Positions 24,732 through 34,071 of a stretch of DNA of 64,000 bases are shown here, one piece after another; position 1 is the first letter of the stretch; each line of letters opens with the position of its first letter. Below the pieces are notes generated by a model. The model was given only the letters and a program-made list of their open reading frames with translations. It was not told the DNA's origin and ran no database searches. Origin of the DNA: Blastocladiella emersonii ATCC 22665 (Eukaryota > Fungi > Blastocladiomycota); the NCBI GenBank assembly GCA_025594325.1, contig JANHCV010000010.1:744001-808000 (forward strand). The letters run 5' to 3'. A program made the translations under genes and the position numbers.

Positions 24732-27245
24732 CTACTCTTCATCATCACTACCATCAGCTTGAGGCGGGTCCCACGCCGCGGCCACGACATCGGCCCACGC
24801 CGCCGCGAGCCCGGGGACGCGCGGCACGAGCTTGGCCTCGAACTGCATCACCGCGTCGCTCGTGAGTCGGCGGCGCTCGATCAGCGTCTTGGCCACGAGC
24901 CGCAAACACTCCTGCGACACGGCCGTCTCCAAACACGCGCGGAAGACGCCGCGAAAGTGCGCCGTGTCCACGTCACCGTACGACGCGAGGTACCGGACCA
25001 GGTGGCGCGCGACCGACGCGGGCGACACGATGCTGCCGCCGTCGAGAGAGCCCTCGGGGAACATGGGCGCGAACCCGAGCACGAACTGCGGGCCCGCGTC
25101 CTCGTCGCGGTCGCCACCAACCCGCGCGAGCAGTGACGCAAACTCGGCCGGCGCGTGCTGCGCCGCGGCGCGCAGAAAATTGTCGGCGACGGCCATCTCG
25201 CGCTGCTTGGCGCGGGTCTTGTCCTTCCAGGTCGGGTACGTCGCGTTGCACACGACCTCGAGCGAGCGGACCGTCTTAGTGGTGACGGGCTCGGACATTG
25301 AGGCGACGGCGGCGGGCGCGCAGTACCCGAGGAGCGCGGTCCACGCCGGGATCGTGCGCGTGTCGGTCTGCAGCTCGCGGCCGTCCTCGCGCGGGACCTG
25401 CGACTCCCAGTTGCGCCCAGCGCACTCGGTCGCGACCGCCGCGAGAAACGACGAGTACAGGATCGACCACCGCGACAGCGATGCCGCCGCGTCGCCAGTC
25501 GTGGTGATGGCGTCGAGGACGTGCTTGGCGTGCGGTGACACGAGGACCGGGATCAGGCACGCGGCGAGCGCACCCGAGTACTGGTACGAAAAGGGCGCGT
25601 GGTCGTCGCCGAGCAGCTCGAGCAGGCGGGCCGCGACCTTGGTGCGCGCGTTCTTGGCGCCGAGGCCGAGCGACTCGAGGTGGTACCCGAACAGCCGGTC
25701 GCCGATCACGTCGAGCCGCTCGACGACGATCTCGGCTGCTCCGTCGGCACCACCGCAGTGCTCGACGGCGAGCGCGATGATGCGCGTGACGAGGCCGGGG
25801 CTCGCGCCGTACGGCTCCTCGACGGCGCGCAGCATCGCGTTGAGCAGCGGGCGGGCCGCCTCGACGCGACTTGGTGCGGGTCCCGTTGGTGAGGTACCGG
25901 CAGTCGGTGCGACAGAAACGAGGAGCATCGTGCGGACCTGCGTGGGCGGGAGACCGGCCGCGACGGCGCGCGTCACGAGCGGCGCCCAGTACGGAGGCGT
26001 GAGCAGCCACGGCCACGCGCGCGCGACCTTGATGACCGCCGCGACCTGGCCCTGCTCGACCCACTCGGCGAGCGCGGTGCAGAACAGGTGCCGCTGCCCA
26101 TCCCCCAAAAGCGGAGCGAGTCGGTCGCGGTCGCGGTCGTACGTCTCGAACACGCGCACGAGGGCCGCCCCGTCGGAGCGCAGCGGGTCGAGGTAGTAGC
26201 TGATCACGTACGAGTAGTGCGGCGGCCCGTGGCCGTGGTCGTTGATTGGGAGATCACCGCGCGGGTCCCAGCCGCGCCCGCGAAGCCAGTCGAGCACGCC
26301 CATGGTCTGCTCGAGCGGGTGCATGCTGATGTGGGTGAGGAAGCACGCGTACACGCACTCGAACTCGAGAACCCGCAAAACGACGGCATCGAAGCGAGGG
26401 TGACGCTTGGCGACGGCCTCGAGCGCGGGCAGGTTCATGTGCACGGCCGCCGAGATGGCGACGAGCGAGAGAAAGTCGACGCACACGTTCACGCCCGCGT
26501 TCTGAATGATCACCGCCGGTGGTCCCAGTGCGAGTTCCTCCACTTCGGCTGCGTCGTCGTCCGAGTCGTCGCCCTCGAGGTCCTCGAGGTCCTCGCGCAA
26601 GTCGGCCAGGTCCCTGGCGACCTCGGGCGTGTGGTCGGGGATCCACTCGAGCATGCGCTTGAGCGGGGCTCTCCCCTCGAGAGCGAGAGTGGGCAGCTTG
26701 CGCACCATGGCGGCGAGCGCCGAGTCGAGATCGGCCATGTTGCCGACCGCCTCGAGGTACAGCGCGAGCACGAGACCGTCGGTGAAGAAGCCCGTCACGG
26801 CGCCCGTTGGGCGGGGCGCCGCACCGTCGAGACTCGCGGCGGGCTCGGGCACGTCGTCCTCGTTGCTGCTCTCGCGGTCGTCGGGCTCCATGAGCGCCAC
26901 CTTGGCGAGCAGCTTGCGCTGGCGCTCGACGAGCGACGCCTTCGACTTGCTGGTGCGCAGGAACGAGCGGAGCAGCGCGTGGAACATGTCGCCGTTGAGG
27001 GGCGGGCGCGGCGGTGCGTCGGAGCGGCCGCGCAGTGCGATCGAGGCACAGGCACACCGCGCGAGCGGCGTCGACCACTCGGGGATCCGGCTCACGTCGA
27101 GCAGTTTGTCGGGCGCGGCGTCAACGAGCAGGTCGCCTAGTGCCTCGCCGACACGGTTGAACCAGACGAGTGGGAGCAGGAGACGGCTGGTCGTGGCGGC
27201 GTCGGCGAGGACGCGGGAGGCGAGCAGCCGCTTGGCCGACGGCGT
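24732..27245 (-). pseudogene. Second copy of the 865-aa gene, interrupted near codon 29 by the viral insertion (5' part at 43828-43916)
   Basis: Matches 637-3234 from TPSAKRLL onward; the N-terminal codons lie beyond the element. Confidence 0.9.
27241..27245 (+). repeat. 5-bp target-site duplication GGCGT (second copy 43828-43832)
   Basis: The empty site at 721-725 (ACGCC) has one copy; both element flanks carry it. Confidence 0.97.
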
Positions 27246-28065
27246 TGTCGTATCCCTTAAGGGATACGACATGGGCTGACCCACTGCCACTTGGGCTGAC
27301 CAATTGCTTACCCCGAGCGGTCGGCGACAGTCACTCGGGGTAACCACGTGAGACCCCGTTGCTTACCCCGGGTGGTTAATAAAATGTCGGATTCAAATGT
27401 CGTGTTCCCTTAGGGAACACGACACGCGGACGGAGGCCGAAGGCCGAAGCAGGTGGGCGGGAGGGTGGGTGGAAGGGAGGGGGCGAGCGGTCCAGGAGTG
27501 AGTCCCTGACCTGACCCCCGAGCCTGTCCCTAACCAACCCCTTGGGCTGACCATTGCTTACCCCGAGCGGTCGGCGGCGGCCGGCGAGCGCAGCGAGACG
27601 AAGAGCAGCGCAGCTGCGGCTACCCACTGACAGAGTTCCCTGGTCTGGTCCCTGAGCACGGCTGCGAGTCGATCTGCGAGTTGATCTGCAAGACAAGTCC
27701 GAGAGCAGATCCCTGAGCCTGTCCCTGACCAACCACTCAGGCTGACCATTGCTTACCCCGAGCGGTTGGCGGCGGCCGGCGAGCGCAGCGAGACGAAGAG
27801 CAGCGCAGCTGCGGCTACCCACTGACAGAGTTCCCTGGTCTGGTCCCTGAGCACAGCTGCAAGTCGATCTGTGAGCAGCCCCCGAGCCAGTCCCTGACCA
27901 CCTGCCGCAAGCAGCTGCTATGAAGCCACTCACTGTAAAGTTCCACTTTCATGGCATATTACGACAGAGTATATATATACACTACCCTTTTTTGCCATGA
28001 AAGTGGAACTTTCAAAGACAAGAGGTCAGGGTACGGGGGGTCAGGGCAGGGGAGCGTCTTAGCAG
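27246..28065 (+). repeat. Left terminal inverted repeat
   Basis: Reverse complement of 43009-43827 apart from 3 substitutions and one 1-bp indel noticed; contains two ~195-bp-period internal repeats. Confidence 0.95.
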
Positions 28066-28089
28066 GCAGCGTCTTAGCAGGCAGCGTCT

Positions 28090-28240
28090 TAGCAGGAAGG
28101 GGCATGCCAGGTCGGGGGTGCCGGGTCAAGGAGGGTCGGGGGTGCCAGGTCGGGGGTGCCGGGTCAAGGAGGGTCGGGGGTGCCAGGTCAGGGGTGCCAG
28201 GTTGGGGGTGCCGGGTCAAGGAGGGTCGGGGGTGCCCGTT
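28090..28240 (+). repeat. G-rich minisatellite (GGTCGGGGGTGCCR-type units)
   Basis: About eight G-tract units, all on one strand. Confidence 0.8.
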
Positions 28241-28304
28241 GCTACGTCATGCCAAGTGCGTTGAATGCGTTTGTCAATTTAAACTTTGTTGGACTACTGT
28301 AACT

Positions 28305-28457
28305 ATGCGAGGCTGTATCAAAGAGATCGTCCCCCTGCCCAAGCCGCCATGCGATCACTATGATGCTCCCAGCTGGGTCCATGACAATGAGCTGCTGTGG
28401 GTCCAAGTTGTGTACCCGTGCTGCGGGCACAAGTACACATACCGCCGGGTAGTCTGA
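28305..28457 (+). CDS. Small viral ORF (50 aa, Cys/His-containing)
   Basis: MRGCIKEIVP...YPCCGHKYTYRRVV; preceded by TGTTG-N8-TAAC motif. Confidence 0.5.
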   Translation: MRGCIKEIVPLPKPPCDHYDAPSWVHDNELLWVQVVYPCCGHKYTYRRVV

Positions 28458-28717
28458 GAGCGACCAGTAAAGGCTTCAAGGTAGCTAACCAAGTTAACTT
28501 GAAGGATCTATTCAAAGCAGACAGTGTACACAACCTTGGCACCTGGCAGGGCCACGTCGCGGATGGCCGTGTAGTTGGCTGTCGACTGGGGGCCCGGATG
28601 GCCAGTCCAAGGGATGCTCGTGGAAGGTGCGCGGGGCGTTGATGCAGTAGAGCCAGTATTCATTGTCCTGTGTCTTACTATGCCTTCGCAGAAAGAATTT
28701 AAAGCACATGTCGTTGC

Positions 28718-28819
28718 TTACTCTACGGCGTGGAATACTTTGCTTGTGTACCTGACAATGGCCAGGTTGGCTACCAGGATCAGGGCGTTGGTGGCAACAA
28801 GGAGCGTCTCGAGGATCAT
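28718..28819 (-). CDS. Small hydrophobic viral peptide (33 aa)
   Basis: MILETLLVATNALILVANLAIVRYTSKVFHAVE; preceded by TGTTG-N8-TAAAC motif. Confidence 0.55.
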   Translation of the reverse strand: MILETLLVATNALILVANLAIVRYTSKVFHAVE

Positions 28820-28850
28820 GTTTACAGTACAACAACAATTAAAGTCAACG

Positions 28851-29594
28851 TCAGATGAACGCGAGCTCGACGTAGAAGGGTTGGCCAAGAAAGTCGACAG
28901 AGCGCAGGTTCTTGTCTACCACGTCAATGTCAATACAGTCAATCTGCTGGGCCTGTCCCTGCGCGTCAAAGCGAAAGTAGTCACCCATGTGTGGTCGATG
29001 CTCGAACCAGCTGCCAAAGGGTTGCGTGACGTGGATGCTACAAAGTACGCCGTTGTCTTGTGGGTACGCGCTGTACATGTTTTCCGCAAGCCGGGTGCCA
29101 AGGTTGCGCGAGTAGACGTGAAGCAGGTTGATGGGCGAGATGTTGACCAGCGCCGACGCGTACTGGACCTTGCTGTAGCCATACGCTCCAACAAAGCCCA
29201 TGTGGACGTTCAGCGACGCCGTCCCTGTTCCAATTGTAAAGTCGACCGTGTCGTTGGCCAGGCGCATCTTCTGGGTAGTCGAGTCAACCTGGACGTCCCA
29301 TGTGCCCTGCCAGAGGTACGCTGAGGGCGCGTTGTTGAGCAGGCTCTTGAGCGTGGCCGTGAACGTCTCGACCGTGTAGTTGCCATCAGGGACGGTGATG
29401 GTGCCCGGGAACGTCAGCGCGCCACGGCTCTGGGTCAGGTACACTTTGTTGGCCTTGGAGTTGACCGTGTGCCAGCTGTTGCAGAGGTACGCCGAGTTGA
29501 CCTTGACGCCGCGCACGGACAGGGGTCGTGGTAGGTACAGGATGCCGTTCTTGAGGTCGCGGCTGCAGATGGTCAGCGTCTTGTACTCGGACAT
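28851..29594 (-). CDS. Minor capsid protein (penton, single jelly roll)
   Basis: SRD N-terminus, ITVPDGNYT, MGF, and C-terminal IDIDVVDKNLRSVDFLGQPFYVELAF match the PLV/virophage penton pattern; adjacent to MCP. Confidence 0.8.
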   Translation of the reverse strand: MSEYKTLTICSRDLKNGILYLPRPLSVRGVKVNSAYLCNSWHTVNSKANKVYLTQSRGALTFPGTITVPDGNYTVETFTATLKSLLNNAPSAYLWQGTWDVQVDSTTQKMRLANDTVDFTIGTGTASLNVHMGFVGAYGYSKVQYASALVNISPINLLHVYSRNLGTRLAENMYSAYPQDNGVLCSIHVTQPFGSWFEHRPHMGDYFRFDAQGQAQQIDCIDIDVVDKNLRSVDFLGQPFYVELAFI

Positions 29595-29612
29595 TTAAAC
29601 AAAGACAACAAT

Positions 29613-29879
29613 TTATTGTACAGCTGTCCCCGTGTCGTCAGCGTCTGCCTCAAAGATCTCGCTCGTCGGTCGGTTGTACCAGGTGTGAATGTCTTGGGCA
29701 AGGTCCACGCCCTTGGTCACCATCTGCGCAATGGAGCTCACGGCGGGGTTGTGCGACCGCTCAAAGAACTTGGACACGGTCTTGACGCCTTTGAGGACGG
29801 TTGGCATGTGTTTGTTGACAAAGGACCCAACCTGGCCGAGCACATTGCTAAAGTTGGTCCAGAGGTTACGGAAGATCAT
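29613..29879 (-). CDS. Small amphipathic-helix protein, possibly membrane-lytic (protein VI-like)
   Basis: FRNLWTNFSNVLGQVGSFVNK amphipathic pattern; lies between MCP and penton. Confidence 0.6.
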   Translation of the reverse strand: MIFRNLWTNFSNVLGQVGSFVNKHMPTVLKGVKTVSKFFERSHNPAVSSIAQMVTKGVDLAQDIHTWYNRPTSEIFEADADDTGTAVQ

Positions 29880-29921
29880 GGCGGGGTTTAACTCTACGCA
29901 AGAAAAGAAAGGACAGGGCCG

Positions 29922-31142
29922 TTACTTGTAGATGTTGATCTCGCCGGTTGGCAGGAACTCGTAGACCACGTCGATGCCAATGAAGGCGTCCACGCGCTGG
30001 TTCGGGGCCACGCTTGAAGTCAGGATCACCTGCATGTCCACGGCCTGGCTCTTGCAAGACTTGTCGCCGCTGACCACGGTGCGACTTGACTCAAGGTCAC
30101 GGCCAACAACAAAGGTACCCTTGGCCAGCGCGTTGAACTTGTCGACTGTGAGGCCAGCGCCAATGACGTGGCCATGGAAGGCATTGGTCAGCTCAACGAA
30201 CGCCTCAGACGCGTAGTCGTCACATCGGATGGGTCGCTGAGGGAAGAGTCGGCCGGCCACGCTGAACTGGTACAATGTAATGGTCTTGGCACGAAGGAAC
30301 GAGTCCTTGGCATTGTTGTTGAGCACGGCATTGTTGCGGAACAACAGCAGGATGTCTTTCTGTGAGGCCGAGCGGTCCGAGATGTTGAGCGTTGAGTTGG
30401 GCACCGAGTAGTTCAGGAAGTGGTGGTTGTAGGTCGTGCCAAAGAGCTTGAGGCCCTGCTTCTTGAAGGCCGCGTCCATGACCGCGATCTGCTGGTCGTT
30501 GAGCTTGATCAGGTCCGAGACGATGCAGACGTCCTTGACTGTGTAGCCCGGGATGACATTGTTCTTGACAATGCAGGCGTCACTGCCAGGTGCGAGGGTG
30601 AACTCGACGCAGATGCCGCCCGTGTACTTCATTGGCAGGTGCTTCTGGTTTGCCAGCAGGGCCGACTTGATGGGCAGCATGTACCGGTGCAGCCTGGACA
30701 AGACGGCGAACTTGTCTGCGCCGGACGCAAAGTAGCCCTGTGCCACGCCGAGACACGAGTCCTTGAGGTACTGGGGGACCATCACGTCGGCCTCGATGCG
30801 CTGACGCAGGTTGTAGTACGGGAGCTCTTCGAGTAGGGCACCAGACGCGCTGTAGATGCGGACACGGTCAATGACGCTGAAGATACCATCGCAGAAAGCG
30901 ACGTTGGCGTCCGTGGTCTTGGCCGAGAACTGCAGGAAAGTACAGTGCGTGACCATCATGTTGTCGCGCGGCGGGAGCAGGACGCTGATGCTGTTGCCAG
31001 GAGCAAACTCGGGGCCGCCCTGAGCTGTGAACTGGACGGTCTGGCGCTCGGCATAGACGGACTCCTTGGGCAGGTTGAACGACATCTCGGGAGGGAGAGT
31101 CTTGGACAGGACCTGCGAGAACTGGGCGTTGGTACTGGACAT
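29922..31142 (-). CDS. Major capsid protein (double jelly roll, PLV-type)
   Basis: 406 aa, beta-rich; EFAPGNSISVLLP, SVIDRVRI, LPMKYTGGICVEFTLAP, YQFSVAGRLFPQRPI, FVVGRDLE; next to ATPase and penton. Confidence 0.85.
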   Translation of the reverse strand: MSSTNAQFSQVLSKTLPPEMSFNLPKESVYAERQTVQFTAQGGPEFAPGNSISVLLPPRDNMMVTHCTFLQFSAKTTDANVAFCDGIFSVIDRVRIYSASGALLEELPYYNLRQRIEADVMVPQYLKDSCLGVAQGYFASGADKFAVLSRLHRYMLPIKSALLANQKHLPMKYTGGICVEFTLAPGSDACIVKNNVIPGYTVKDVCIVSDLIKLNDQQIAVMDAAFKKQGLKLFGTTYNHHFLNYSVPNSTLNISDRSASQKDILLLFRNNAVLNNNAKDSFLRAKTITLYQFSVAGRLFPQRPIRCDDYASEAFVELTNAFHGHVIGAGLTVDKFNALAKGTFVVGRDLESSRTVVSGDKSCKSQAVDMQVILTSSVAPNQRVDAFIGIDVVYEFLPTGEINIYK

Positions 31143-31182
31143 GGTTTAGTTTAGGACTCGGCAACAAAAAAAAGTCAAGAGT

Positions 31183-31980
31183 CTACTGCTTCACGATCCA
31201 CTCGCTGAAGCTGTCTACGAGCCGGTACTTGGGCGGGTTCTGGTTGTTGACGCCCAGGAAGCGTTGCTTCGTGTTGCCAGTACGCGTGTCAAAGAGCTGT
31301 TCAATGATGGCCTCAAACTCCTTGAGGTCGAACTGCGACCCAATCTCCTTGTGCAGCGTCTGGACCTCGGTCTTGTCATAGATTGGGTAGACGACGCTGT
31401 AGCTGCAATTGATGCGCAGAGTCTTGGGCAGGGCACACCACTGCTGGACGCCAATGATGCAGCTGATCTTCAAGTGCCGCGAGTTGCACAGAAAGTTGGT
31501 CAGCGTTTGGTGGCTCAGCAGCTTGAGCCCAAGCACGTTGTCAATGATCAGCAGCTGGTCCTGGAGCGCCTTCTTGCCAGACTCTTCGAATGTCTTGGTC
31601 AGGTCCTGGCGCATCTTGAGCAGGGTCGGGATGAACTGCTCGGGGTCCGTGACAATGCACCCTGGCTTGATCTTGAGCCGGTCCGGGTCGCGCTCCTGGG
31701 GGTCCAGCACGTTGCGCTCCTTCTTGGGCGGTCGCAGGATCGGTTGACTGGCAATGTACTCGTACTTGTCGTTGGCGTGGAACGTCGGGTTAAAGACCCA
31801 GATGTTGTCGAACTGGCCCTTGTAAAAGTGCGGGAAGCAGACCATGTTTGCGATCAGCGTCGACTTGCCCTGACCCTTGGCGCCAATGACGTTCATGGTG
31901 AACGGGTGCTTGGGGATCAGCAGCGGCTCGCTGTCATCGTTGCGCGTAAAGCCGTTGTCAATGGCAACAATGTCGTACAT
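31183..31980 (-). CDS. A32/FtsK-family genome packaging ATPase
   Basis: Walker A GAKGQGKST; Walker B LLIIDN (usually DD); SRHLKIS...Q...LPKTLRIN motif. Confidence 0.9.
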   Translation of the reverse strand: MYDIVAIDNGFTRNDDSEPLLIPKHPFTMNVIGAKGQGKSTLIANMVCFPHFYKGQFDNIWVFNPTFHANDKYEYIASQPILRPPKKERNVLDPQERDPDRLKIKPGCIVTDPEQFIPTLLKMRQDLTKTFEESGKKALQDQLLIIDNVLGLKLLSHQTLTNFLCNSRHLKISCIIGVQQWCALPKTLRINCSYSVVYPIYDKTEVQTLHKEIGSQFDLKEFEAIIEQLFDTRTGNTKQRFLGVNNQNPPKYRLVDSFSEWIVKQ

Positions 31981-32006
31981 TTAAAGACTGCCAACAAAAA
32001 AGGGCG

Positions 32007-33722
32007 TCAGTCCCAGCTGAGGTCAAGCACAATGCCGCTGCGCCTTGGGGTCTCGCGGACCTGCTTGATGGGCCGCTCAGGGATCTTCTGGTGACGCTGG
32101 ATCTTGGGCGCTGTCAGCCCGCTACCCGCTGCCCGCTTGTCTGTGAACAGCTTCGCGTCGGTCGGCTTCTTGTAGCCCAGTTGCTTGAGGATCTGTTCGA
32201 GGAGCATGTCGGTCTTCTTAGAACTACCGCCGGAATTGTTTTGCGCGGCCAGCTCCCTGATCATGGCCTCGAGGCCGCTTGTGTCGGCAGGCTGGACAAT
32301 GACTTGGGGTGCAGGGATCGTGTCCAGCTTGGACCCAAGGTCTTGGAGCGTCTTGGTCATGGCCTCGTTGCTCTGGGTCTGCCCTTGGATCGCGCCCTGG
32401 ACGCCGCTTGCGAGCTGGTTCATGAGCACCTGCTGGTTGCTGAGCGCAGAGGACATGCCCGTGGCAATCTCAGACACAAGCGCGCGGTTGCCAGCGTCAA
32501 TCTGGCGGACAAAGTCGTTGCGTTTGGCTCGGAGCGTGTCCACGATCCCGGACGCGAGGTTGGCAAATGCGTCCATGGCCAGTCCCTGAGCGGCCGCCGA
32601 CTGCTCGATGAGCGCCTGGTACGCCTGGTACTGCATGACCTGGGACCCGGCAAACTGCGAGGCAATGAGCTCGAGCGCGACCATGACGTTCGGGTCATTG
32701 TTGTACTGGACCAGGATCTGCTGCCGCATGTCCACGTTCTGCTCGTAGTAGTTGTTCTCGTACTGGGTGATGAACTGCCGCATGTCGACGTTCTGCGTGT
32801 TCTGCTGCGTGTAGCTGTTGTACACGAACTGGTTAAACTGTTGAAAGTTCTGGACAACGTCGACCTCCATGTTGTCCGTGGTTGTCAGCGCCCGCTCGGG
32901 GTTGTAGACCTGCAAGTCCTTGGAGCCCTCAATCATGCGTGCCTCGTCCATGGCCGGGTGGACGTGACCCTCGTTGTACACGCCTTGTCGCTGTGCCACG
33001 TCCGGGCCGTAGCTTGGTGGCATGACCACGAGGTCGCGGGTGCCGTCGTCAAGCCTTGGGGGCGGGTCGTTGCCGCCGTCATTGTCATTCTGGATCAGGT
33101 ACTGGCCGGGGATCATGGCGCCGTACTCGTCAATGTCTTGACCAACATAGTCGCCGGCCTCGACCGGGTACTGCTCAGGCATGACTGGCCGGACAGGCAC
33201 GGGGAGCAAGTGGTCCGGTACAGCGTCCTCATCAATGACGTCCAGGGCTCGCAAGATCTCTTCTGCCAGCTCGTCGCGCTCCTCTTCGCTGCTGCCCCTG
33301 TCGCTGTCCGTGGCCAACTCGGGGGCCTCTGGTCTGGGGCTTGCCGCTGGTGGAGCGACTGGGACTCGAGTGACCTTGCCCGTTGCCTGGTGCTCTTCCC
33401 ACGCTTTAAGCGTGTCTTGGACGTGCTCCTGGAGGTCCTTGACCTCGTACCCAGTGACGCCGTCCTGGTGCTTGAGGTAGAACAGCGAGTCGCCTCGTTT
33501 GCGGCCAAAGTCGTTGGCATAGCTCTCGGGCGTCACCTTGTAGTCAAAGGCAAGGATGTAAGGCACCCAGACGTCGAGGAGCTCTTTGGCATTGGGGAAC
33601 GTGTACTCGCGGCCATCAATGGTCGCCTTGATCTTCTGCCCTGCAAGGCGCTCAGCCGTGATGCGGCCGTCGGTTGCCTTGGTCACTCTTGCGAGTAGTT
33701 CTGGTACTGTTCTTTGGCCCAT
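32007..33722 (-). CDS. Uncharacterised viral protein (571 aa) with N/Q-rich repeat and coiled-coil region
   Basis: Long ORF with element-type codon usage; duplicated QNVDMRQ motif. Confidence 0.75.
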   Translation of the reverse strand: MGQRTVPELLARVTKATDGRITAERLAGQKIKATIDGREYTFPNAKELLDVWVPYILAFDYKVTPESYANDFGRKRGDSLFYLKHQDGVTGYEVKDLQEHVQDTLKAWEEHQATGKVTRVPVAPPAASPRPEAPELATDSDRGSSEEERDELAEEILRALDVIDEDAVPDHLLPVPVRPVMPEQYPVEAGDYVGQDIDEYGAMIPGQYLIQNDNDGGNDPPPRLDDGTRDLVVMPPSYGPDVAQRQGVYNEGHVHPAMDEARMIEGSKDLQVYNPERALTTTDNMEVDVVQNFQQFNQFVYNSYTQQNTQNVDMRQFITQYENNYYEQNVDMRQQILVQYNNDPNVMVALELIASQFAGSQVMQYQAYQALIEQSAAAQGLAMDAFANLASGIVDTLRAKRNDFVRQIDAGNRALVSEIATGMSSALSNQQVLMNQLASGVQGAIQGQTQSNEAMTKTLQDLGSKLDTIPAPQVIVQPADTSGLEAMIRELAAQNNSGGSSKKTDMLLEQILKQLGYKKPTDAKLFTDKRAAGSGLTAPKIQRHQKIPERPIKQVRETPRRSGIVLDLSWD

Positions 33723-33799
33723 GATGGTTACTGTATGGACCGAAAATAAAACGTCCCCCTGTCGGTACCTTTTTCCCCGTGGCAGGTGCCTTTTGTCCC

Positions 33800-34051
33800 T
33801 CAGACGGTGCTATTTGCCCCCTGGTCCCGGCGCTTGGCGTTGAGTGCCTTGTAGATCCGGATCTTGACCCGCTCTGCCCGCGCTGCCTCGTTGTCGACGT
33901 GCGTGTACCGGTTGGCCTTGTGGTCGCGCTTCCATAGCCACTTGGCCTTGTCCTCGTCGCTCTTGCTGTACCAGCTGCTTGGCACGGGCATGGTCCCGGC
34001 GAGGTGCTCCCGCCACTCGTCCAGGCTCAGGTCATGGTCGCTGGAAATCAT
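33800..34051 (-). CDS. Small basic viral protein (83 aa)
   Basis: Compact ORF divergent from the fibre gene and filling the intergenic gap. Confidence 0.55.
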   Translation of the reverse strand: MISSDHDLSLDEWREHLAGTMPVPSSWYSKSDEDKAKWLWKRDHKANRYTHVDNEAARAERVKIRIYKALNAKRRDQGANSTV

Positions 34052-34071
34052 TCTGTTGCTTAAGGTTAAAC

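Larger units (their letters stand above)
23660..27245 (-). repeat. Arm 2 of the inverted duplication, part left of the virus
   Basis: Reverse complement of 721-4306. Confidence 0.97.

Noticed and set aside
27585-27620. GAGC-rich motif resembling an AAV Rep-binding element in the TIR
   Set aside because: No HUH endonuclease in the element, and such runs are common in GC-rich DNA
27376-28219. ORFs inside the TIRs (185, 63, 86 aa and their mirror copies)
   Set aside because: Translations of non-coding repeats with no coding-like codon pattern or start motif
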